From Gemmataceae bacterium (GTDB lineage Bacteria > Planctomycetota > Planctomycetia > Gemmatales > Gemmataceae), in NCBI GenBank assembly GCA_041499805.1, contig JBGQKZ010000010.1, positions 28,224 through 92,223 of the forward strand: a stretch of DNA of 64,000 nucleotides, read 5' to 3'. Positions within the stretch are counted from its first letter, which is position 1, and every line of letters begins with the position of its first letter. A program made the position numbers and the translations under genes. Shown one piece after another: positions 47,457-59,300 of the stretch. Under the pieces are notes generated by a model. The model worked only from the letters and a program-made list of their open reading frames with translations. It searched no databases and was not told the origin of the DNA.

Positions 47457-48251
47457 ATGCGGCGATGGATTTGTCTGTGCTCATTACTGTTGGTTGTCGG
47501 GGTGCTGATGGCGGCAGCGCCGGCGCCGGAGACGCCGAAGCAAGACCGCGGATCGGCGCTCGCGGAGTTGTTACGCAGTCCGGTGAATTTCGGCGGGTTC
47601 GATGACCCGAAGAGCACGTTCCAAGAGGTCAAGGAGTCGCTGGAGGACCGTTACGGCTTGACGATTGAGGTCAATGAAGCGGCATTCAAAAACGAGCAGG
47701 TCAACGACGTCCTGTCCTGCCCCATCGTCGAGAAGCCGATTTCGAAGGCGAAGAATATGCGGTTGGATCGGATTCTGCGCCGTGTTCTGTTGCGCGTGCC
47801 GGCGCCGTCGGGTGCTACTTTCTTGGTTCGCCCCGATTGCATTGAAATCACGACCGAAGCCGCGGCAAAACAAGAAATCGCCGGCGACCGCGTCGGAACG
47901 CTGCCGCCGCTAGTAAACCAGACCTTTGACAAACGCGCTTTGGAAGTCGCCTTACGCGACGTATCCGACGCGACGGAAGTCAGCATCATTCTTGACCCGC
48001 GGGCCGGCGAGAAGGCGAAAGCGCCGTTGACTGCCAAGTTCACGAACACGCCGGTCGATACCGCTGTACAGGTCCTCGCCGACATGGCCGAACTGAAGAT
48101 GGTGCAGCTCGACAACGTGCTTTACGTGACGACACGCGAAAACGCCGATAAGATCCGCGCGGAGCAGGAGAAGGAAGCCGAGAAGAATGACAGGCCCGTC
48201 GCCCGTCCATCGCTCCGGCCTATCAATTCGTCCGGCGGCGCCGGCATGTAG
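47457..48251 (+). CDS. Secreted protein with two STN-like (secretin/TonB N-terminal-like) domains, paralogue 1
   Basis: Signal peptide. Domain 1: VNFGGFDDPKSTFQEVKESLEDRYGLTIEVNEAAFK. Domain 2 ends NVLYVTTRE. Confidence 0.55.
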   Translation: MRRWICLCSLLLVVGVLMAAAPAPETPKQDRGSALAELLRSPVNFGGFDDPKSTFQEVKESLEDRYGLTIEVNEAAFKNEQVNDVLSCPIVEKPISKAKNMRLDRILRRVLLRVPAPSGATFLVRPDCIEITTEAAAKQEIAGDRVGTLPPLVNQTFDKRALEVALRDVSDATEVSIILDPRAGEKAKAPLTAKFTNTPVDTAVQVLADMAELKMVQLDNVLYVTTRENADKIRAEQEKEAEKNDRPVARPSLRPINSSGGAGM

Positions 48252-48428
48252 ACCGAACGCCTGCCCAGCGCTCTACTGGGATGATCCCGTCCGCACGGCG
48301 CGGCCCGAATCCAGTTCGCCCTGCGTGCGGATTCGCCGCCTAAGCCTCCAAAAAGCGCGCATGTCGAGTCGCTTCCGGCGTTCTCTGTTCGCACACCGTT
48401 AGTTAGACGGCGCACGGAACTTAGGCGA

Positions 48429-49280
48429 ATGAGGGCACATCCAGTGTGGCGACGAACTTGCGTCTTCAGCATTGCGATTCTTGCGGCAGTTGCGGCGCGA
48501 GTCCCGGCGCAGCAGGCCGGCGCTACGCCGGCGCAACCGTATTACGGCCTAACGATCAGTCCTCCCCGGCTTGACCCGTTGCCGCGGACTCCAACTAGCT
48601 TCGATAAGAGGGCCGTGAAACTCAGCGAAAGGCTTCGGCAAACGGTCGATTTCGATGGTTTCGATGATCCGAAGTTGACGCTTCAAGAGGCGCTGGACTC
48701 ACTTGCGAAGGTTTATGCTCTCAAATTCCTCGTGAACGAACAGGCGTTCAAGCTGGATCAAATCAACGACGTTCCTTCGCTGCCAGTGGCCGAAAAACCG
48801 TTGCCGAAAGCTCGAAACATCAAACTCGAAACAGTGCTTCGACGGTTGTTGGCGCGCATCCCCTCCGTGTCGGGCGCGATGTGGAGGCTGCAAGGGGACA
48901 CGGTTGAGATCACGAACGGCATTGCTCTATGCAAGGAACTCGGACTGCCCGAGGAGTCGCCGATACCCGCCCTCGTTCATCTCGATCTCGACCGAGTGCC
49001 GTTAGAGACGGCGGTTCGAATGATTGCAGATTCAGTTGGCATCAACATTGTGCTGGACGTGGGCGTGGGAGACAAAACAAAGTTCCCAATTTCCGCGACA
49101 ATCACGAACGTGCCTGCCGACACCGCGGTGCGACTGTTCGCAAACATGGCTAACTTAAGGGTCGTCGTTGTGGAAAACGTGCTCTATGTGACAACGAGCA
49201 AGAAGGGCCGAATGCTAGAAAAGGAGCAACGCCTGCTGCTGACGCCGAACGACATCGCCGGCATGCACGACAAGAAGTAG
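48429..49280 (+). CDS. Secreted STN-like two-domain protein, paralogue 2
   Basis: VDFDGFDDPKLTLQEALDSLAKVYALKFLVNEQAFK ... ETAVRMIAD...NVLYVTTSK, collinear with paralogue 1. Confidence 0.55.
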   Translation: MRAHPVWRRTCVFSIAILAAVAARVPAQQAGATPAQPYYGLTISPPRLDPLPRTPTSFDKRAVKLSERLRQTVDFDGFDDPKLTLQEALDSLAKVYALKFLVNEQAFKLDQINDVPSLPVAEKPLPKARNIKLETVLRRLLARIPSVSGAMWRLQGDTVEITNGIALCKELGLPEESPIPALVHLDLDRVPLETAVRMIADSVGINIVLDVGVGDKTKFPISATITNVPADTAVRLFANMANLRVVVVENVLYVTTSKKGRMLEKEQRLLLTPNDIAGMHDKK

Positions 49281-49376
49281 GCGTTGAGCAGCACATTCCG
49301 ACAAGAACCCATGCAACCCGCACCGGCTGCTTCTACAATACAGCAGCCCAATTCAATGGTCGAAGGAGCCCCGCTG

Positions 49377-50288
49377 ATGCGTCTCTCCATCCCCGTTCGC
49401 TCGCTGGCGGTTGCCGTCTTCCTCGTGACGCCGTTCGTCGCCCGTTCCGCGCCGGCGGACGGCGCCAAGTCCGAAAGCCCCGCGGAGCGCATCCGCAAGG
49501 CGCTCGATCAAGTCATCACGATCGACATCAACGACCAGCCGCTCAAGCTGGCCCTCAATCAACTCCACGAGCAGACGAAGATCAACTTCGTCCCCGACAC
49601 GTTCACGATGCAGCAAATGGGCATCGATTCGGACGGAACGCCGGTCAGCCTCAAGCTGCAAAACGTGAAAGTAAAGACGGTGTTGCGGTCGATGTTCGGG
49701 CAGTTCAACCTCAGTTACGCCATCGTCGGCGAGGCGGTCGTCATCACGACGGACGACATGGCGATGTATCGGCAGATGAAGCAGCGAGTCAGCGTCGATT
49801 ACGACAAAACGCCGCTCGGCGAGGCGCTCAAGCAATTGTCGCGGAACACGGCAACTAATCTGCTGCTCGACGCGAAGCTGGGCAAGGAAGGACAAGCGCC
49901 GGTGACGTTGCAACTGGAAGAGGTGCCGCTGGAAACCGCCGTGCGGCTGATCTCGGAGCTGGGCGGATTAAAACCGGTGCGGTTGGGGAACGTCCTTTAC
50001 GTCACGAGCAAGGCGAACGCGAACGAGCTGCGCGCTGATCCCGATCTGGCGCCGTTGCCGCAGCCGCGCCAGCCGGGGCAGGAAGACGTGATTATTCAGC
50101 AGGGCTTGATGCGCGGCGCGTTAGGCGGGATTGGAATGCCGGGCGGCGTCGGTATTGCCATGCCGGCGCAGGCGGCGCCTGCGGCTCCCGTTGTGCCGCC
50201 GGCGGGCGCTGAAAAACCGGCCGACAAGCCCGCGTCGGACAAGCCTGCGGGCGGGGATGACAAACCGCCGGCGGAGAAGAGACCGTAA
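49377..50288 (+). CDS. Secreted STN-like two-domain protein, paralogue 3, with Pro/Ala/Lys-rich low-complexity tail
   Basis: ATG at 49377 with a GAAGGAG RBS. Same two-domain layout (LKLALNQLHEQTKINFV ... ETAVRLISELGGLKPVRLGNVLYVTSK). Tail PAQAAPAAPVVPPAGAEKPADKPASDKP. Confidence 0.55.
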   Translation: MRLSIPVRSLAVAVFLVTPFVARSAPADGAKSESPAERIRKALDQVITIDINDQPLKLALNQLHEQTKINFVPDTFTMQQMGIDSDGTPVSLKLQNVKVKTVLRSMFGQFNLSYAIVGEAVVITTDDMAMYRQMKQRVSVDYDKTPLGEALKQLSRNTATNLLLDAKLGKEGQAPVTLQLEEVPLETAVRLISELGGLKPVRLGNVLYVTSKANANELRADPDLAPLPQPRQPGQEDVIIQQGLMRGALGGIGMPGGVGIAMPAQAAPAAPVVPPAGAEKPADKPASDKPAGGDDKPPAEKRP

Positions 50289-50295
50289 CTCGCCG

Positions 50296-50358
50296 TTTGG
50301 CCGGCGCGCTTGCTCGCCGCGGATGAGTGGCGTCACGGCGAGCAAGCGCGCCGGCTAA
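50296..50358. terminator. 20-bp-stem palindrome (ggccggcgcgcttgctcgccg ... cggcgagcaagcgcgccggc) between convergent genes
   Basis: Seen in sequence. Likely a bidirectional terminator. Confidence 0.55.
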
Positions 50359-50376
50359 ACTAAGTTACTGTAAGTT

Positions 50377-51180
50377 TCACTTCCCACCCGCCATCGCCTT
50401 ACACACCAATTCAATGTCGAGCCCAAGCATGTCAGATATCTCGTCGGCGGTCATGTTACGTTCCGACAATCGCACGATCGCGCGGCGACGTTCTTCAGCG
50501 GCGCCTTTTTCTCGCCCTTCTTGGTGGGCTTCTTGGTAGACTTTGCTTTCACGAATGTCATGCAGTTGCAACATGGCCTGAATCTCCTCACGGGTCAGCC
50601 GGGGCAGCTTGTAAATGATCACCGTCTCGATCAATTCTACCAAAGCGGTTCGAAGCGATTCATCCTCGATTTCGCTTCGGACTCGCACAATCAAGTCGCG
50701 AGCCATCACCGGCGCCAAGCTTTCGGCCTGCCGAATCAGGTACAGAATCGACAAGCCCAGCGGAGCCTCAGCGACTTCCGGCATCTCATCCAAATAGAAA
50801 CGGCGAAGCATGCCGGCGTCGAGCAAGGGCTGGTACGGCGCCAGAGCCGTCGGTTCCAAATCGCGACTGCCGAATAGCACGACAGCAACAACTGGCTGGC
50901 CAGGATCGTGCTGCTTGAGGTACGTAAAGGCCTTCGCCAACACGTCTGCGTACACCGCAGCTAATGGGTAGAACTGCACTTCTAGAAAGTAGACGGGCAA
51001 TTCCGGCTCACGCGGCGAGAATACGCCATCCGTGTGGAATGCCGTCTCTTTGAACTCGATCGATTCGTATTGGTAACGCGCTGCCAGTTCCTTGGCGTCC
51101 TTGTGCGGATATCCAAGCAGAAGAAAGAACGTCTCGGGGCTGGTCTTGAAGACGCTGTAGAAGATTGAATCGGTTCTCAT
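50377..51180 (-). CDS. Rpn/YhgA-like recombination-promoting nuclease / transposase_31-family protein
   Basis: ATG at 51180 gives MRTDSIFYSVFKTSPETFFLL, the characteristic Rpn N-terminus. PD-(D/E)XK region (YESIEFKETAFHTDGVF) and a DUF4351-like C-terminus. Confidence 0.68.
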   Translation of the reverse strand: MRTDSIFYSVFKTSPETFFLLLGYPHKDAKELAARYQYESIEFKETAFHTDGVFSPREPELPVYFLEVQFYPLAAVYADVLAKAFTYLKQHDPGQPVVAVVLFGSRDLEPTALAPYQPLLDAGMLRRFYLDEMPEVAEAPLGLSILYLIRQAESLAPVMARDLIVRVRSEIEDESLRTALVELIETVIIYKLPRLTREEIQAMLQLHDIRESKVYQEAHQEGREKGAAEERRRAIVRLSERNMTADEISDMLGLDIELVCKAMAGGK

Positions 51181-51248
51181 GCGGGCATCCGGCAGTCTGA
51201 CCGACGACTGTCGCGACGTCGGCGGCAGGCAAATCTGCACGCGGCGTT

Positions 51249-53084
<1,836 letters not shown>

Positions 53085-53285
53085 GCTCTCTACTCGAATT
53101 CTTCACGGGAGAGTGGTTGCGGCCGGTGGCCGGGCCGGGAAAGAGACTTTATTATAGAAGCGCCCGGCGGAAAGCGCATAGATCAATGAGCGATTCGCCG
53201 CGAGACTCCGGCGAGCGCAGCCGTTGTGCCCAACGCGCGGGTCCGCCTTCGTCGGAGTCTCGCGGCTGAACAAGGGGGAAAACCG

Positions 53286-53774
53286 ATGGACGTCTATCTG
53301 ATTCGACACGCGGACGCGATCCCGCTGGGCGAGGGCGGAATGAATGACGACGCGGACCGTGCGTTGACGGCGGATGGTCACGCGCAAGCGCGGGATCTGG
53401 CGAAGGCACTGCAAGCCAGGGGAGCGCGGTTGGGCGCCGTCGTCTCCAGCCCGCTCGTCCGCGCTCGGCAGACGGCGGAAGACCTCATCCAGCATTGGGC
53501 CGCCCCCGCGCCGGAACTGCGCATCTGCGAGGAGGCCGCGCCGGGCGGATCGCGGAAGGCACTGTCGAAGTATGTTCGCGGCGTCGCCGCCGATGCGGTG
53601 GCGGTGGTGGGCCATCAGCCGGATCTCGGCGATTACGCGGGCTGGTTGGTTGGCAGCAAAAAGGCGCACGTCGAGATCGCCAAGGCGGGCTTCGCGCACA
53701 TCACGTTCGACGACGGCGTACGCAAGGGTGAAGGCGTGCTGCTCTCCTTGCTGTCGCCGGACTGGATGCGTTGA
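53286..53774 (+). CDS. sixA: Phosphohistidine phosphatase SixA-like (histidine phosphatase superfamily)
   Basis: ATG at 53286. RHG motif (MDVYLIRHADA) and a conserved His (VVGHQPDL). Confidence 0.68.
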   Translation: MDVYLIRHADAIPLGEGGMNDDADRALTADGHAQARDLAKALQARGARLGAVVSSPLVRARQTAEDLIQHWAAPAPELRICEEAAPGGSRKALSKYVRGVAADAVAVVGHQPDLGDYAGWLVGSKKAHVEIAKAGFAHITFDDGVRKGEGVLLSLLSPDWMR

Positions 53775-53884
53775 CCGCGGCGCGGTCGTCACTTCGTATT
53801 GCTCCTTTCTCGTGAAATGGTGTACAGACGGTGCAGAACCGCAGCGGTCGTGCGCGGCGCACGCCGTTGAGGAAGGAGCCGGCA

Positions 53885-54772
53885 ATGCAGGAATGGAAGC
53901 AGGTTGCGCTGCTGCTCGGTCTGCTCGCGCTCGGCGGCTGTGACGAAGAAAGCAGCGCCGTCGCCGGCGCCGCCGCCGCGCAACTGCAGCCAAGGGCGGT
54001 GGCCCAGGACTTCGACGCAAGCACGGCGGGCAGCATTCGCGGGCGTGTCGTCTGGAAGGGCGACTTGCCGGTTGTAGTTACGTTTCATGCTCCCACCGGC
54101 GCGGGCGCGGAGGCGGTGGCGCAAAGAGTGTGGTCCGATTGGCCGAATCCGCACGCACCTGCGGTAGACCGCGCCACCAACGGCATCGCGAACGCGGTCG
54201 TCTTCCTCCGTGGCGTCAATCCGAGACAAGCGCGGCCTTGGGACTTGCCGCCCGTGGTGGTGGAACAGCGTGATTACGTGTGCCACATTCGGCAGGGAGA
54301 GAGCGATTCGCCGGTCGGCTTCGTGCGCCGTGGCGAGGCGATTCAGATGGTCTCGCGGCAGCCGGCGTTTCACCTGCTGCACGCGCACGGCGCGGCGTAC
54401 TTCAGCCTCGCCTTTCCCGATCCCGAGCGGCCGTTGAGCCGCCGGTTGCCGCGCTCCGGTCTCGTCGAGTTGACGAGCGCCGCGGGCTATTTCTGGATGC
54501 GCGGCTACCTCTTTGTGGACGACCAGCCGTACTTTGCCCGCACCGATTGCACGGGACGATTCAGGCTGGACGCCGTGCCGCCGGGAAACTACGAGCTTGT
54601 ATGCTGGCTCCCCAACTGGCACATCGCCAAGCATGAGCGCGACCCGGAAACAGCGCTCATTACGCGGATCGTCTTCCAGCCGCCGGTGGAACTGTCGCAG
54701 CCGCTGGCGCTGCGACCGACGGCGACCGTGGAAGCTTCGTTCACCCTATCCGCGGACCTGTTCGCACCGTGA
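53885..54772 (+). CDS. Lipoprotein with carboxypeptidase-regulatory-like beta-sandwich region
   Basis: ATG at 53885. Lipobox LALGGC. RFRLDAVPPGNYELVCW resembles CarbopepD_reg-like domains. Confidence 0.5.
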   Translation: MQEWKQVALLLGLLALGGCDEESSAVAGAAAAQLQPRAVAQDFDASTAGSIRGRVVWKGDLPVVVTFHAPTGAGAEAVAQRVWSDWPNPHAPAVDRATNGIANAVVFLRGVNPRQARPWDLPPVVVEQRDYVCHIRQGESDSPVGFVRRGEAIQMVSRQPAFHLLHAHGAAYFSLAFPDPERPLSRRLPRSGLVELTSAAGYFWMRGYLFVDDQPYFARTDCTGRFRLDAVPPGNYELVCWLPNWHIAKHERDPETALITRIVFQPPVELSQPLALRPTATVEASFTLSADLFAP

Positions 54773-55288
54773 CTAGCGCTCCGCGCGCGGCATTTCGGCG
54801 CATTCCTGCCACTTCCGCCCCCCATTCGTGCGGCGTGTTTGCGCCGAAAACGGCGGTTGGATATTGTGTTATGGCGAATGCGCTTTTCTCATTCCTGCCA
54901 CCCTTGGCAGAAAACCCCCTTAACTTCCGACTGCGAAAGGACTTACCCTCTGCTGCAGTCCGCAAGAAAATTCTTAAGTCACTGGAATAAAAGGAGTTGC
55001 GCGTTACAGGCCGCTTGGACGGGCAGACTGGGCCTAATTTCGTTCGGTCCCGTTCATGGCTCGGCCCTTGATTCCCCGGCCGCTCCCTCTAGCATCATCC
55101 CCACTCGCCCCGCTTCGGCGGCGCCCGCCGCAACGTCGTTCGCCGCCGGTTCTGCGTGAGTTCGTCTGCCCCGCGATTCACCTTTCGCCCTTCTCAGCTG
55201 CTCCCCTTTCCACGGATGGCTATGGGACACGGTGCCTGCGATGCGAGCCCGGCAAGTGGCCGGGGATTGACTCCACACCGAGGTCGGC

Positions 55289-55654
55289 ATGGCGAAACGT
55301 GCCTCTGCTTCCTCGTCCGCGGCGGCGAATGCGGTAACATCCAAGCGTGCGGCCCGGCTGCACCGGCTTTTGCTGTTGCTGGGCAAAAAACCGCAGCAGC
55401 GGGAGTCGCTCACCCGGCGTCTGCGTCTTGACGTGCGCGGCTTTTACCGCGACCTGAAGTTGCTGCGCTCTGCGGGCATTCTGGTCGTGCTGGCGAAGGG
55501 GCGCTACGCGCTGCAAGGCGCAGCGTCCGCGGCGCTGGAAAAACTGCCCTTTCCCGATCCACTTTTGACGCTCGGCGAGGCGCGCCTGCTGGCGAAGGGA
55601 CGCACGGCGGCGCATCGGAAGCTGAAAGAAATCATCGCGGCGATCGAGGAGTAA
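55289..55654 (+). CDS. HTH_11-type (YafY/PafBC-like N-terminal wHTH) DNA-binding protein, stand-alone (121 aa)
   Basis: RLHRLLLLLGKKPQQRESLTRRLRLDVRGFYRDLKLLRSAGILV matches the HTH_11 pattern. No WYL domain follows. Confidence 0.5.
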   Translation: MAKRASASSSAAANAVTSKRAARLHRLLLLLGKKPQQRESLTRRLRLDVRGFYRDLKLLRSAGILVVLAKGRYALQGAASAALEKLPFPDPLLTLGEARLLAKGRTAAHRKLKEIIAAIEE

Positions 55655-55973
55655 CGTTGGGGCGACGTTAATTTCCGTTAACACGCTTGATTAACCGTGT
55701 AAACACACGGAGCGCGGCGCCGGGCGTCGGCGTTGCGGCTTGTGCGGGTTGTGCGCGGGTTTCCAGCGCCGGACGGGGCAAACCGGCTTGTTTTCCGCCG
55801 CCGTTCGCGTCTAGTCCCTTCGGCACAGCGGTTGCTAAACTCGCTTTCCAGTTACCGGCGCACGGCCAAGTTTACGGGGGGCCGTGCCGCCGTCCGCTGT
55901 CGGGCGGCGACGGTAATGAGGATAAAAAGGACACGGACTCTGCTTGTTGACCGTGGAGACCGCTTTACTTCCC

Positions 55974-56031
55974 CGCTGAAAAGGGGACTGGACCTCTGAG
56001 GAAAAGGTCCAGTCCCCTTTTCAGCGGGGCC
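55974..56031. terminator. Perfect 24-bp-stem hairpin (ccccgctgaaaaggggactggacc tctgaggaaaa ggtccagtccccttttcagcgggg)
   Basis: Seen in sequence, in the intergenic region between the HTH gene and the TPR gene. Confidence 0.55.
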
Positions 56032-56277
56032 GCGGCCGGGCGTTGCGGCGCCGGGTCGCGAGACTTCCGAACTCCTCGGAAGTCGAAGCACGGCGAACCG
56101 TCTCCCTCACGTCGCATGTTGTGCCTTGCCGAGTTAGGGAAGGACGCCCGCCGGTCGCTTGCCGGCGCGGCCGGACAAGAGAATCGCACACGTGCCTCCC
56201 CGTGTCCCTGGGAGCGTGGACCCGTCGGGGCCATCCCGCGACCACGCTCCCTCCTTTTCTTCCCGGAATTCGCGCCA

Positions 56278-56310
56278 GAGTGGTCGCCTCGCTGCGCGCG
56301 GCGACTACTC
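56278..56310. repeat. Family-B repeat, degenerate half-copy
   Basis: gagtggtcgcc tcgctgcgcgc ggcgactactc. Confidence 0.5.
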
Positions 56311-56363
56311 TGCCGGCTTTCGGAAATAGCTCCGTCCAACGTCGTTGAACCGAGGAGTTCGCC

Positions 56364-59300
56364 GTGCAACCGCGTCGCCGTCGTCGCTGGGTCGCGTGGG
56401 GATTGCTGTTGGCGGTCGTCGCCTGCGGCGGCGTGTATGCGGCAAACTGGTGGAACAACCGTCCGGCGCAGCTCCTCGCCGCCGCCGGCCATTCCTTCGA
56501 GGAAGGCGAGCGCGCGTTTCAGCAGGCGGAGGACGTCAACGACGAGGCTCACAGCGCCGAACGCCGAGCCGCTGCCCGCGCCGCCTATGAAGCGGCGGAA
56601 CGCGATCTGCAACGGGCTTGCGACGAGACCAAGACGCCGCTCGACTCGAATCATCTCCTGCTGCGGCACAAGCTGCTTCTCAAGCTGGCGCAGTTGCACT
56701 CTCTTGAAGAGCGCGAACGCGGTGACGCCGATCCGAATCGGCCGTCGCTTGAGATGGTGAAAGAGGCGTGGAAACAGGCGCTGCTGGCGGCGGCGGAGCC
56801 CACGTGCGCGGAAGCGCAGGCTCTAATGCTGGGCCGCTGCTTCGCCGCGGACGCGCTCGATAAGGCGGGGCCGTTCGCGACCAACCTGCTGCTGCATCCT
56901 CCGGCCGATACGTCCCAGGGGACTGATTTTCACCCCTATGTCCTTGGCGCACATTTCGTCCTGGCGCAGGCGGCGCTGACCGGAGCTGCGCCGCGGCCGG
57001 AAGAAGCCCTCGAACACCTGCGTCAGTCCCGCGCGCTGCAAAAACCCGGCGAAGAAACCAAATGGCGGGCCGTGGCGCTGGAAGTCCGAGCATGGAAGGC
57101 GCTCGCCGTCGTCCAAAAACCGACGAAAGTGGAACCGGCCGATGGGCCGCGCGCGCGCTGCCGCGCCTGCGTACGAGAGGCGCTGGACCGTCTTCACCGG
57201 GAACACGAGCAGATCGCCGCGTGGACGACGAAGGCGACCGGCGCGCCGCCGACTCTGTTGACGCTGTCGCCGACCGATACCCGCGGCCTGTTCGAGTTCT
57301 TGACGCTAAGTATCGAAGGCGCAACGGATAGGGACGAAGTTGCGCAGCGCACGGCGCTGGCGCTCTCGACGTGGGAAATGCTCGTCGCCGTCGACAAGCC
57401 GAGCGAGCTGGTTCTGCGCGAGGCTGCACGGCGCATCACGGCGCTGCCGGCCTTGCTCGACAAGCTCCCTGCCGCGGTGAAGCTCAAGCCCGATGACGAG
57501 GCCAAAACCCTGGAGCACGTTGAGAGTCTCACGGGGCTGATTCAGGACGCCGGTCATCCCGTCGATCCTGGCGTATTCCTCGCGCAGGCCCGGCTGGCCC
57601 ATCGCCAAGGGCGCTTCGCCGCCGCTCAGCGGCAGGCACAACGCGGCATCCAGGCGGCAAAGGCGGGCCGGCTGCCGGGCGACCAGCGTCCACTGCTCGA
57701 TCTCCATGCGGAAGCGGCGTGGATTTTCGTGCTCCAGGGCCGCGTTCACGACGCCGAAGAGCATCTCGCGGTGTTGCGGCAATTCCCAAAAACGTTCGGC
57801 GGTCTGGCGCGATTGGCCGAAGGGCTCGCCGCCGTGCTCGATGGCCGGCTGGACCAGGGCGTGCGTTCGCTCCTCGAAGCGCAGCAACATCAAGATTACG
57901 GGCAAACGGTCTATCCCTATCTCGGTCTCGCCTACGCCTATGTCGCCATGGGCGATTGCACGCGGGCGCTGCCGTATCTGGAAAAGTTAGTCGCGCGCTA
58001 CAACCGGTACGAGCAGCTACCCGCCGAGGAAAAGGCCGTCGCCGCGCAATTGCTGCCGGGACCGGCAGCGCTGGCGTTGGAGCTGTATCGCTCTCACTTG
58101 GGTCTGGATCATCTCGCGGAAGCCGAGCAATACAAGGAGCTGCTCGAAGGCCAGCCCGAAGCGCTCACGGCGTCGTTGGCTCTTATCCATCGCTGTCTTT
58201 CCTTGGACCGGCATTATCGGCAGGCGCGGCAACCGGACCTTGCCCGCCAGGCGCTCGATGCGGCGCGCAAAGAACTGACGCTGGCCCGGCAGCAAGCGCC
58301 CGACGACGTGCGTCTGCTGTCCGCGGAAGTCGAGCGGTTGAGCGCGGAGCCCGGAAACGACGTTCGCGCGGAACCCCTCCTGCGGACCTACATCGAACAA
58401 CACCCCGAGCGGAAGATCGACGGTGAGCTCGCCTCGGCCCGCTGGCTGTTGCAGCAAGGCCGGATTCGTGAGGCGGGCCGTTCGCTCGACGGGTTGGCGA
58501 AGGTCGAGTTACCGGAGCATCGGCGGCAATACCAGTTCTTGCGGGCACAGTGGTTGCTTGCCGACGGGCATAGTTGCGATGCCGCGGACCAGTTGCTCGG
58601 CTTGTTGCACGCCGAACGCCATGACGCGGGCGGCGAATTCTATCTCGTGTCCGCCAGCGGCATAATGAGCCGGCATGAAAACGACGGTCTGACGCATTTC
58701 TGGCGCGGCACGCTCGCCCAGGTTCGAGGGGATTATGCGCAAGCCGTGCGCTCGTACGAGCGGTCGGTGCAGTTCGCGCCCTTCCGCACGGCGTCGCAGC
58801 GCGGATTGCTCGCGTGTCTGCTTCAAGTGAGCGCCAAGGATTCGCCGGTGGCGGCCCACGAGCTGGCCGCCGAGCTGTTGCGGAGTCATCCCGCGGATGT
58901 CGCGTTGCTGCTCGGCTTCATCGAGGCGGCGGCGAAGCTGGACAACCTTTATGGCGCTCAGGGCATGGAAGGCGCGTTGGCGGCGCTCGAAACCGCTCTG
59001 CGCGCGCAGGGACTCGACCCTGCCCTCGGGCCGTATTTCAAGGCCCGCGCCTGGCTGAGCGTGCAGCGTCCCGATCTGGCCCGCCGCGAGTTGGCGCGGG
59101 GACTGCAAGCAAATCCGGCACACGAGCCGTCCTTGCTTCTGGCCGTGCCGCTGGTTGCCGCGGAGGAAGATTGGGAAGCGACGTTGCGCTACGCGACGGC
59201 GCTGTACGGGTTTACGCCCGACCGGATCGACGTGCGTGTGGCGAAGGCGAAGGCGTTGGCCGGCCTCGGACGCTTCGCGGAAGGCGAGGCGATTTGCCGG

